A stretch of DNA of 63,729 nt, filler included, from Choristocarpus tenellus KU-1152 (taxonomy: Eukaryota; Protista; Phaeophyceae): assembly GCA_964200185.2 (NCBI GenBank). It is 7 parts of 7 records of this genome, joined end to end, with 100 filler letters (N's around TTAATTAATTAA, not from the genome) between each part and the next. Parts side by side here need not be neighbours in the genome. Positions count along the whole stretch, not along the records: positions 1 to 8,092 come from CAXNAD020005161.1; positions 8,193 to 25,090 come from CAXNAD020000748.1; 5 more parts are not named here. One strand, given 5' to 3'. The notes beneath the pieces are model-generated. The model was not told where the DNA came from, searched no databases, and saw only the letters and a list, made by a program, of their open reading frames with translations. A program made the translations under genes and the position numbers. Position 1 is the stretch's first letter. Every line of letters starts with the position of its first letter. This document shows, in pieces, positions 1-11,300 of this stretch.

Positions 1-804
1 CTGGTGGCGGCCATTGTAGTGTGGGTGTTGGTGCCCCGCTGTTGGGTGGAGGTGTATGCCTTGGTGTGGATCAAATACAGGGTGCGTCACAGGCCGTTGC
101 CCCTTCGCCGACCCCCCCACGTGCTCGAACGATTGACCCTTTGTTCCTTCAGTCTCCCTATTTTGACGTAATCTGACCCCCTTGCCATCTTGAGGTTCGT
201 TCGCGGTAGTAACGACGGACTTCCACTGAAGATATGATGGACAGGGCTTGTCTGCGGGGTAGGGCCTCCTGCCCGCCCTTACCGCCGAAAGAGGCCTCCC
301 TCGTCCACGCGTTTGAGCAATACATTCCATCTTTAAACGGACACAACGCGTACATGGCGCTCGCCTATCGCACTTAACCTTCGACTTCCGACAGCTGGTG
401 CAAGTACGCTCGTTCCTGGCAGTATTCTCACCCCGAACGGAGCTGCCATCTTTCGCTTGCAATGTAGAGTTCGACAGCGCATCTTTGGATGATTTCCCAT
501 GTTTGCCCGCATTCGACCTTTCTCGTCTCTCTTTATTCAGCACGTCCTCCTCCACCCCACTATCATCCGACTTGTCTTTTCCCGAAACCCCTGTACCATT
601 TGCATCGTCTGCAGATTCGTCAGGTTCATCCTCAACAGAATCCTTGCGTTCAGTTACTATTCCCCTCCTAAACCTGTCACCACTTCTGCTGCTTTCACTG
701 TCTCCTTTACCGGCTATATCTGAGGAGGTGAGAGAAACAGTGTCCTTTACGACCTCCCGTGGTCTTTTTGTGCCTCTACCTGTAAAAGGCATTTTCTCCT
801 CCAT
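1..804 (-). CDS. Zn(II)2Cys6 binuclear-cluster (GAL4-like) transcription factor, 5' part; runs off the window start
   Basis: Open frame from ATG at 804 to base 1 with no stop, so it is absent from the ORF track. It translates MEEKMPFTGRGTKRPRE...NERTCTSCRKSKVKCDRRAPCTRCVRLKMECIAQTRGRGRP..., matching the canonical six-Cys pattern CxxCRxxKxKCDxxxPCxxCx6C (nt 402-322), followed by an AT-hook-like RGRP. Confidence 0.9.
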   Translation of the reverse strand, partial: MEEKMPFTGRGTKRPREVVKDTVSLTSSDIAGKGDSESSRSGDRFRRGIVTERKDSVEDEPDESADDANGTGVSGKDKSDDSGVEEDVLNKERRERSNAGKHGKSSKDALSNSTLQAKDGSSVRGENTARNERTCTSCRKSKVKCDRRAPCTRCVRLKMECIAQTRGRGRPLSAVRAGRRPYPADKPCPSYLQWKSVVTTANEPQDGKGVRLRQNRETEGTKGQSFEHVGGSAKGQRPVTHPVFDPHQGIHLHPTAGHQHPHYNGRHQ

Positions 805-2679
805 GATGCTGAGACTCTCTCCCTCTCAACGAAGAGCTCGGCTTTTGTTTTGGTGTGGTATCTCCTTACCCATCCTCAATAAGAGAATTATTGGCCGATA
901 CTCCTCCACGGTCAATTTAATCAATTCCTCTGTTGACGAAACATGACGCAGTTTTACTGATTAATGGGATGTGCGAACTACATGATTGATGAAATAGTTG
1001 GTTATGTCCATATATAATAATTGTATACAGTATTAGACGTAGAAAGTGTTATAGAAGACATGCTTCTATAATACTACTAAGTAGCAATTCCATCACTTCT
1101 CAGCGCTGTTTAAAGATATATATATAATATAAATATTTTTTTGAATCTTGTCTTTACTATTTATATTGTCCCTTCCCTACACATGCTTCCAAATATCATT
1201 TCATGTTAGAAAAACAATATTGTTGAGTACATGTATAGTTTTAAATAGAGTAGGCTCATTTTAAGGCAATCATAGTCAAACCGACTATCACTTCATTTAT
1301 TTGTTGACAGACTCGCCTTCTTAGAAAAAATCGGTTTAACCCTAGTCTCACTATTCTCGACTTACACGCCTTAAAGGGGACAAGTTTTAAACTAGGGTTA
1401 TACCCAATCAAAAAGTTGGCATTCCAAAATAAGTGCATGTGACCTACATGTTTGACTTTATTATTCACTCAAGTATAATGCCATGTTATGCAATGTTATT
1501 CTTACAAAGACCAGAACCACATCTTACCACATCCATCAGTCACAGAACTATCTTGATATCTGTATGCTTTGAAGGTCTCAGAGCAAAAGCGCTCAGACCT
1601 CCATTTTTGCTTGTACAGCAATCTGTAGGGCCAATCTAATCTATCCTCTTTAGGCTTTGCTTCCAACTCAAGAAAAATGGTGCCACTTCAACTTGGAGGA
1701 AGGTGGAGGAAGACTTGCCACTCCATCACCATCATTAATATCACTACCCGTATCACACTCTGGTCTTCAAACAATTCTCCGTATTCCTCATTTGCCTGAC
1801 TTGCAGTACTTGTAATACAAATTACCTCCACTAGCTCATCCCTGAAGTCCTGCACCAAGGCTTCGACTATATCCTCCTGCTCTTCTAGTTGCAGCTGCTC
1901 CTGAGTCGTAGTGATACTGTTGCTGGTTCAAGGCCATCTTAAGGTCTTCCTATGCTTTCCTAAAGTTCATCCATCTCTCATTCTCTTTCTTCCTCGTCTC
2001 AATGTCGGAGCCCAATTACAAAATTTCTGTAAAACAATTTCACACACACGTTATACTCCTCCAATGCCTTGATATATACATCAGGAAGCATTTCAGATGA
2101 AGTTCTGATTTGGCCTTACGACCAAATGACGCGATGTGGCGTCTCAAGTCATTGTTACCCAGAAGGTCTCCTGGCCTCCTCCACAAAGCCCGTCACCATT
2201 CCATCTACCTCTGATCCAGCAACAAGAAGACAAAAGCGGTCACCAATTAGTTGCAAAAATATTTTATAGCTGGACATAGGACTTCTTCAGATTTGGAAAG
2301 CAGTTAAACACCACAAAGTATAGTATACTTAAAGGCGAGTATGTATACTATGACCCAAAACACGCCTTACGGCACGAAATGTAGAATAATGTTTTTTGTG
2401 GTAAGTAAGGAAAAATAGAACGATTTAGTCACTGACTCGTCTTATCTATTGTTGCCTTAAAAGGGGCCATCGACTGTATGTTGAGAAGTGGAGAACTGGA
2501 CTGGAGACAGGAGGAAAAAATTACTTCTAGGAAGAACCTGTATGTAATGCAACAAATTTCCCCTTATCTACGACACTCATGTATTGATGCTGTTTTTAAC
2601 ATCAATCATCAAATTATTTCTGACTGTATGCAACACTGCTATTTTATTATTATTATGCCCTTTCACATTTTGCAGATAG

Positions 2680-3245
2680 GGCTACCAAACAGGTGCCCAG
2701 TGGCAGGGTGCAGAAGGCAAAATCTCGATACCAGACATGCCTGCACCTGCCCCAGGGCAGGGGGACAGGTACGACAACACACCCCTATGGTAAAACGCCT
2801 GCACCAACTATGCAAGGGGACAGTGGACAGGAATCTCCGCATGGATCTGGTGTTCCACGCAGGGGCACTAGCGGACGCCGGAACAGCTCCCTACAGGGAC
2901 AAAGGTCATCCACTAGACGTCACCTTCGCAGAGGTACAGGCAACCTCTCGCCTCACCCACTCATCCACCAGCAATGGTGTAGCTGCTGCTGCAGCCGAGG
3001 TGCGAAAGCGCACCAACTATGAGGGCTCCTTGGATCCTTGTTGTTATAACCTCAACACCTTTGCGGTGGAAAGTTTTGGGCGCCTCAGCAAGTAACTGGA
3101 GCGTTTCCTGGATGAGCTAGCTACTCACGCGGTAGGGGGAAGAGGAACAGGAGGCTATAGCAGAAAAGGTGCCGTCAAATTCCGTCTACGCCAGATAGTC
3201 TCAAGTCATAACTCATCAAGTAGCCCTATCTAGACGGGTCATCAT
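2680..3245 (+). mobile_element. Degraded 3' end of an RLE-type (restriction-like endonuclease, CRE-like) non-LTR retrotransposon
   Basis: Cys/His knuckle CPVAGC...H...C, then RMDLVF...LDVT...AAAEVRKRTNY...FAVESFGRL. After an in-frame stop at 3093-3095 it continues LERFLDELATHAVGG...KGAVKFRLRQIVS, then a frameshift. This is the typical RLE C-terminus, disrupted. Confidence 0.75.
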
Positions 3246-3786
3246 GCATTTTAAGCTGGAGTCACCAGGGAGATGGGCAAGGAGGGGTTTATTAGATTCG
3301 TAGGATGCTTCCCTAACTCCTCACCTGGGGAGCAGGAATAGGTTTGAGACACAGGAAGGAATAGTACAACGTAGATACGTGGTAGTAAAATAGGAAATAG
3401 ATCAACATTTTTCACTTTCGTGACAAGCATTACTATTTTAGGGATTTTTCAGATATGTGGATAGTTTTCATTAGTTTTTATTCATCTGTAAAATGACAGA
3501 GAGGATAATAAATAAAAATGTGGTACACTTTTTATTTTTTGAAAGGTGTAACGACATAACAACCACACGGTATTATAGATGGACGAGCAATGAACACATG
3601 AACGCACCCTTCTACATGCAACAGACTCACACACACATCACAAGAAGGCGAAGTTGGGTCTAGAGTGTACGGCCTAACATAGACCACAGGTAGTGCGACG
3701 ATACATTGGATGTTTTGTTCTGAAACGTTTTCCACTGCAACACTGCCATCGGATACGTGATTTCCTTGATCTTCATTTTCTCCAGT

Positions 3787-6700
3787 GTGGTCAATGTGCT
3801 CAGGCAGCAGGAGGGAGGAATGGCAGAAAGGAACAGAAGATACGTCACTACCATCTCTTACCTTAGCCCTCTCAGGACCTTCCCAGCGAAGAATTATTCC
3901 AACCCAGAAGAGTTCATTTGATACGGTTTGGGGAGTTAGCACCCGTAGTAGTATTTCTACACTATTAGATCAAGCCCGAGGACTCACCAGCTTTGAAGGG
4001 GTCCATCAGAGACAATTGTCCCGGAAAAAGGCATATGAATCGGTCAAGTCGGCCATTGCTACCGACGACTTGGGCAGTTTCAATGCCCTCATGGACAGCA
4101 TGACAGTGGCAGAGCAGATCAGTGCCCTCACAGGAGTTAGTACTGACAGCTTCTCGGGGTACAGGTTGACCCCACTCATGGCTGCTGTTGATGGCGGAAG
4201 CCTGGATTTAGTCAAGGCAATACTGACACGTCTTCCGGTGGACAAGGTGAGCAGAAAGGAACTCGTATCTTTTCTTGCTTGTTGCAACTCACAATTGATA
4301 TTCCACAACTAAGAGTTGAGATAACTAATCCTACCCCTCGAAACGATCAAGTAGGTGGCAATAGAGCTGGCAGCCAAGAGCGAGCATGATGGGCGCAGTC
4401 TACTCATGTTTGCTTCTGACGGTGGGAAAGTGACAATCTTCAATGAGATTGTGTCGTGGCTACCACGTCGCCAGGTGAGGCAGATTTTTCCTGCAGGCTT
4501 GGAGGTGCATGCATTGGCTTTTGGTTGCAGGCATGATCTCCTTGTACCATTTTGTAAGGCTTCTGTTGTGCTGTTTAGAAACCGAATGTGAACTGAAGTT
4601 AGTGATCACTAAGAATGATCAGGACAAGACTGACTCTCCCTATTCCCATTTACCCTCTCCGGGTGACATGATCTTGTCCCAGATTGCCCGAATGCTCGAG
4701 GACAAGTGCGATGCAGGGAACACTGTCTTGATGTATGCAGCCAGTACTGATGATGCTGCGATGGTTGAAGCTGTTACCTACACAACCCCGCTGCAAAAGG
4801 TGACAAATTTGAACATACATTGATTCGTATTTTGCCACCCTGCCATTTGCATGACCAAAGAACACATAATCCAATATTTTGTTCCAGAGAAACGGCAGGA
4901 GTTCTTCAACAAAAACTGAACAAAAAAAGGGTGTGTGTTGGATGCAAATCATTTGGCAATTGAATGAGGACACAAGGGGTTTGTGATCAAGTCATGTACA
5001 GTACGCTGCCAAACACACACTGAGCTCTCTGCACGAGGAAATTTGATGTATAGACTGTTGAGCATATAGCAGAAGACCGCTGTGGTGAACACGCACAGTT
5101 TTCAGCAACTTACCATACACAGACTCTATGGAATTATATCTACGGCATAGGAACAACATTCCATTCTCCCTGCTGTTCGAAGTTGGTAGTGCTATCACTA
5201 TTATTGAATCATACTGGTGATTATATTACTCTAATACTATCATTACTCGAGTGTTTCGAACATATCTCCTTCTTTTGACGCACCATATTCATTCAGATGT
5301 ACTAAAGTACAATGCCAGGGATTTGCTCAATGTTGATCTCAGTCTCCCCATCACCGCCACAAACTACAGATCAATGATGCGCTGACAGCAAAGAACTTCC
5401 TTGGGGAGACCCCCCTCATGAGAGCAGCTGCCAAACAAAATGCATCGGCTCTCAAGGCCATTATTCGAAGACTGGGCAGCATCGAGGTTCATATCAAAAT
5501 GTCCTGTGGATCAACCCTACAGTCATAACCTCCCTCCTCTTTTTCGTCTAGTGGAAAATATTCAGGAGCTACATTTAACGCTCAAATCTCTTCGACACCT
5601 ACTTGGAGTACATACTTTTATGGTGTCTATGTGCAAGTCAAAAATAAGTCAGCAGGGTCTATGCTGGGAATGATGTCATCACATTCTGATTCCTGTGTCA
5701 TAGAATGTGGTTATCAATTTTTTCATGCTTTCTCAAAACCTTTCCCCAACATACCCATCATCCCACCTTCCTTCTTCACTCTCTCTCTCTCTCTCTCTCT
5801 TTCTCTTGCCGGGATGGTGCGTTATGGTCTTAAGCCCTCAGACTATGAATCAGCTTAAAGAAATCACAGCGGAAGGGGAGACCGCACTGCGAATTGCAGC
5901 GGGGGCCGGCAGCATAGAGGCCTGGGAACTCATTGCGGAACTGCTGCCGCAAGATGAGGTCCGACGTTGATAGGATATCTCAAAATATCTTGTGGGTTTC
6001 AAGAGGAGAAAGGGCGTAACTCCTTTTTCTGGTGTAGTGTTGAGAACCTGATGTTGTCGGTGGTTTCAAATGACTCATCATGTTTGAGGCTGTGACTCTG
6101 TCCTCCTGCAGGTGGACTCCATATTGTTGGCAGCACATGCACAGTACAAGCTTGCATGGGTCGGCATTTGCATTGATTACTGTAGTTAGAGACTCGTGTG
6201 TCGTGCACCAGGAAGTGGAACAGAAAATAATAATGTTTGACCCAAAGTATCTGGGGGGGGGGGAGGGGTCTACACGAGGGTGTCCATTTGGCCCCAAATC
6301 AGGAAAAGTGCATTTACATTATCCATCCGACGTATGCAACCAACTCACACAAAAATCCCGACATCAATAAATTGACCCCAAATGGACAGCTGCCACCCCC
6401 CCCCCCAGATACTTTCAACCTTTGCATAGGGCATGCAAACTGGAGAGCTACACTACTGATCCAAAGAAGGATGGTAAAACTATATGTTTTTCGTCTACAG
6501 CACTACTATTTTGTCCCATTTCTTGATGGTAATTTGAACCTTTGGTTGGGAGGCTTAAAAATGCTGTGTCAACAACATTGGGTCGCTTCACAGAGACCTC
6601 CCCTGCGCCCACATTATTCTATGCGATAGGGTCTACTGAGTTGGTTGTACCCTCCTTGCTGCTTTTGACCCCTTTTATCGTCTACTTTTACTTTAACTAT

Positions 6701-7049
6701 AACAACTCGATTACTTTTACTGGATTACTTTTACTTTTGTTTTAACAACTGGATTCGGACCCGACAAAACCACGGGTTCGATGAAGTTTTGGTTTGGCTG
6801 AAGTATATATGATTCTACAAACAAACAAACAAAAACTGCATTATGTTATTCTAAACCGACCATCCCCTTGCCTTCAACTGCCAACTGGATGCGACACATC
6901 CCCCATTCGATGTTCGGTCTCTCCCGAGACAGATGAGACGGCAGCTAGCAAGGAGAAATATTTATGGAGAGACCGCTGTCATGTCATCTGTACGTGGGGG
7001 CAATGTGAAGGTTTTGGAGGCAGTTGCGAGGACCCTCGACCCCCGTAAG
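3787..7049 (+). CDS. Ankyrin-repeat protein, multi-exon, ends uncertain. Exons ~3787-4246, 4355-4474, 4683-4799, 5370-5486, 5842-5958, 6933-7049
   Basis: Each exon is bounded by AG/GT and carries an ANK core: RLTPLMAAVDGGSLDLVKAIL; GRSLLMFASDGGKVTIFNEIV; GNTVLMYAASTDDAAMVEAV; GETPLMRAAAKQNASALKAII; GETALRIAAGAGSIEAWELI; GETAVMSSVRGGNVKVLEAV. All introns are phase 0. Confidence 0.85.
6239..6420 (+). mobile_element. MITE family A (~180 bp), full copy
   Basis: TIR GACCCAAAGTATCTGGGGG ... CCCCCAGATACTTT; flanked by TTT/TTT; interior matches the copies at 32823 and 57798. Confidence 0.8.
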
Positions 7050-7238
7050 GTGTGGACGAATAAATAATATTCGGTTTAGTGCTTGTGCTGCTAACTGCGT
7101 CCTGACCAGGCTCAGAGGTAGGGCAGCCCTGAACCTCTTGCTAACATGCACTCAAAGCACTATCCATTCGTCAAGGCATCTGCACCACTTTCAATGTGCA
7201 GCTTGAGCATGAGCTGCTGTCTGATTAAATTAGACCCT

Positions 7239-7497
7239 GAGTGAAAGTATCTTAGAGGGTACGAGTTTTGCCCTGTTTGTCCATTTGGGGCTTGGCTTCC
7301 CATGGGGTTTTTATGATATATTGCCTACTCCAAAATGTTTCGGAGTAGGTTATATGTATATGTTATGAAATGGTGTGTCCGGAACAAGGATACTGACACT
7401 TCCTAACAAATACGACAGATAAAATTACATGGAAATCGCAACATTGGATTTTGGCTCCCAAATAGACGCGGCCCTACTCTCTAAGATACTTTGACTC
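7239..7497 (+). mobile_element. MITE family B (~260 bp), full copy
   Basis: TIR GAGTGAAAGTATCTTAGAGGGTA ... TACTCTCTAAGATACTTTGACTC; internal CCTACTCC/GGAGTAGG hairpin; many copies in the window. Confidence 0.8.
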
Positions 7498-7519
7498 AGA
7501 CGAGGAGGTTAACAAACGT

Positions 7520-7905
7520 ATGATGTTCAACTCCTCCAGCGGAAGACAAGTCGAGATATTGCGTGACTCTGGAGCAAACGTACATCTTACACCTGATCGT
7601 GAAGACCTCGTAAGCAATCAGCCTACCAAACGCACACGCACCTTCGGAAACAATGGGAAATTGGATGCTAAGGAAACCGGGGATATGGTTGTAATGATGA
7701 CGGACAAGGACGGCAAACCAACAAGAGTGGTTCTGAAGGATGTTCTATGGGTCCCAGGTCAACCATGCCGCATATTGAGTACCGGAAGTATACGACGGAA
7801 TGTAGGAGAGTTTATGGATTCAGGAACAAAAGAATGTTATCTGAGGGCCTCCAAGAATTCGCCCAAGATAAACCTACCAAAATCGGGGGGGTTCGTACAT
7901 TTAAC
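7520..7905 (+). mobile_element. Ty1/copia pol fragment (aspartic protease region)
   Basis: ILRDSGANVHLT...FGNNGKLDAKETGDM...VVLKDVLWVPGQPCRILSTG matches the copia DSGAxxH and LxDVLxVPxLxxNLLS pattern. Confidence 0.8.
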
Positions 7906-8092
7906 TATTGGACGACTCGGACTACCGGGACTGGCGGAGGTGTTTCATCGTTCATTGCCGATATACCCACTGTTTGGATGCGTTGACAAGTGAAAGACCA
8001 GTCAATCAAGAACGTTCCTACGAAGAACTTCTCTTGGACGGCTTCTGTGCGAATGATATCTGGATGGCCGAAGAGGCCTACCATGCACTTAC

Positions 8093-8192
8093 NNNNNNNN
8101 NNNNNNNNNNNNNNNNNNNNNNNNNNNNNNNNNNNNTTAATTAATTAANNNNNNNNNNNNNNNNNNNNNNNNNNNNNNNNNNNNNNNNNNNN
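8093..8192. other. Artificial contig linker (N44-TTAATTAATTAA-N44)
   Basis: Identical 100-nt all-frame-stop spacer, also at 25091-25190, 29693-29792, 33841-33940, 56959-57058 and 61024-61123. Confidence 0.97.
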
Positions 8193-8366
8193 CCATCCGA
8201 CGTATGGCAACCAAATCACCCAAAAACCGCGATATGAAAAAATTGACTCCAAATGGACAGCCGCCCCACCCTCCCAGATACTTTGAGCCTTACATGGCAT
8301 TCGTTTTTCGAGATTGCGATATTGCTATGACTATATCAAACAAAATCGTATTGACTTCTTACTCAC

Positions 8367-11300
8367 CCGAACGGTTTCCCGCCAAATGTCATAATTAAGC
8401 CTCCCAGGCGAGTAGTTCGGGTCCAAGGCTGCAACGTTGCTCTCTAAAAAAGTGGTGAATATGTCATAGAAAACATCTGCATCAACAACATATTCACTAT
8501 CTGTAAGGGTTAGATGGGTCTGATTGCATCGATCGCTCTGTTCCTGACACCTGCCATGAGTTCATTTTTCCACGAATGGTTGCCATAAGAAAGGGATGGG
8601 AATGAAGTGGGGGAGAGGAGAGGTTACAGGCATATGTGTGACTGCATGTGTGTGTGTGTTTCAATTCTTCGATTCATACTTTGCAACCCAGACAAATAAT
8701 AATAGTAGAAATGGTAGTAACTGACCAAAGTAAGCGATAGGTACCTAGGCTTTGGTTTTTTTGTAATTTAAGCCAGTTTTCCAAGCTTGTGTGATTCAAC
8801 CATATTTCTATGTGGATCAAGTGCTAAGCTAGACTTGAGAGCGTTAAAATCTCTGTTGTTTGTGATCTTTGAAAAGAACTAAGAAAATATCCTATACGTA
8901 TTTGGAAAAAACGCCAAATTTTGAAAAATTTTGTCACCATCCGTAAAATGAAACTCTGGACACATCTCGCATACTTTCCTTCACGGTGCATGAAAAATTC
9001 AAAGGATAGTTCATACTTCAATGAAAAAATAATACGATGACGGTAGTGCTCCCTGCAGATTTATTGCTATATAGACTCAACAACACCTGTGCCGAAAAAA
9101 GATTGACTATAAGTTGTTTTCCTGGAAAAGGGATCAGACATACGGTAATTCCAACAGACTGAAGGCAGATAAGAAATTCCATGAGCCGGTTTCGAGACAG
9201 CCTCGTTTACTCTGCAAAATACCCTAACCAAAACATTCAAATATTCTTGAGAATATATCCTGTATGCATTCCAATCATCTGGGGGGCATACCTATAAGCT
9301 GACATAGGGTATCGACCAGAGAAAAAATTCACCCACTCCTCTACCTTTTCAGTCTGTATAGTTTTTGCGAATAGCTTTTTCAAATTTGAGATTCAGAAAA
9401 ATCAAATAATATTGTTCGAAAACCAACAACTTGGGATATTTTTTGCTTTCAAGATGGTTGAGAAACCACCCCCTGAACACAAACGTTTTGTCGGAAATGG
9501 CAAATTTTCCGAAAACAGCAAAAACAACCAAAAATGACTGGGCATATGGTTAGTTGCATAGATTCCTTGGCGCTTCTTGCCTTGAATGAATTATCAATCA
9601 CTCTCATTCTCTCTTGAGGGCGTCCTGGATCACTTGATCCCCATTGACAGAGACGCGTACAACACGGCCACAGGATCAGGGAGAAAATGAGAATGAGAAT
9701 GAGAAATCCATTTAAGGGAAAAAACGTCAAGGAGACCAATGCAACTAATCTCGTCTTCATCGGAGGTCTCGTTGACACGTCATTTTTGGTTGGTTTTGCT
9801 GTTTTCGGAGAAAATTTGCTATTTCCCACAAAACGTTTGTGTTCACAAAAGGTGGTTTCTCCACGATTTTGAAATGAGAAAAAATCCCAAGTTGTTGGCT
9901 TTCGAACAATACTCTTTGGTTTTTCTGAAACTCACCTTTGAAAAGGTTTTTCACAAAGAATCATAACGGCACATACTTAGAGAATAGAGAAGGATACTAC
10001 AAAGAACATACATTACATGGTCCTAGAGTACAATCGCACGTCAAATAGTGTGCACAAGCAGATTCGTTTCAAATTTGTGCATTTTGTTCCTCCCTATCTG
10101 TTCACCATATCTTGAGACTTTGGTGAACACAGCTGACAGGTGCTGGATTAGATTCATCTGCGGGGTAGACATTCCTCAAGACATAGGCGTCATTGGCGTT
10201 CTCCACTGCATCACAGAAGTCGAGCATCCACTTCTGGGCATACCTTTCCTCCAAAATGAAAACAATACATGACAAATTTATGTCGAACAGAGGTCAAATA
10301 TACTTGAGTCAGGCCTTCAAACAAACAGAGTGACAAAGGCAATGATTTTAACCAAGGAATCAGACGGTTCCACGAAAGAGCTAACGTCAATAGGGTGGTG
10401 TCCCTGCACCTGTTTGTTTCGAAGAATTCGCATGTGCAGAACATCATGAATAAATGCTCATTTGCACCCCTATAAATCAAGGGTCCGGCTTAGTACACAC
10501 CATTATAATCGTAGCAACAATAAAGTCCAGTACTCACTCGTCATTCATGTGAATGATATTTTCATCCCATAATGGAGTACCATAGTCAGTAAGGATCGTT
10601 GGGTCACACTTGTTGCCATTGCAGTCATTACGGTCCGCACCGGCAATGCCAAATGGAATCTGTACGAGCACATTGTTTGAGAGAAGTGAGAACCAAAAGC
10701 AATTACAAGGGGGGGTGTATGAGGGTGGACCAAGGTATGTTTATTTAGCGTTCCATGCTGTCAAGAGGATTGGGCCTGACCAAAATAATCGCAATCTGTA
10801 CCACCCTGCTATACATTTGGGGTATTTAAATGCCCTTTTCCAATCCACATCTATAAGGCAACTCACATCCACATCCCCAACCCTAACTCTATGGGAAAGT
10901 AGTTTCTTCTTAACTATTTTTTCTCCTGGTAAGTTCATATCACTGTATATACAGTACATTTGTACCACAGATGGTAGTCCTTGAAAATAAAAGTTCCGAA
11001 TCAAAACTCTAACACGGGCATGATAAAAAGCTTCTTCCCCTCATTGATCTAACATCAAAAAGAAGATCATTGCTACAGTCCTTACTAGTTCCCTCTCCCC
11101 GTTATCCTCAACAGAATAACTAACTCAGATAAACCTAACACCAAGCTTAAGCCCCTGTACAACATTTCAAAGGTGAACCAAAAATGAAAATGACAGGGTG
11201 ACATGTCAATATTGACTCACTTCCACCACGACACGGTTGTTCGCCGTACTCGAGGAGAAGTACTGCCTGATCTTGCTGAACACCTCCTGGTATTGATCAT

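Noticed and set aside
398-946. 182-aa Ser/Leu-rich plus-strand ORF
   Set aside because: Antisense shadow of the minus-strand Zn2Cys6 gene.
8137-8148. TTAATTAATTAA as a biological repeated motif
   Set aside because: Always centred in 44+44 Ns; a synthetic stop-codon linker.
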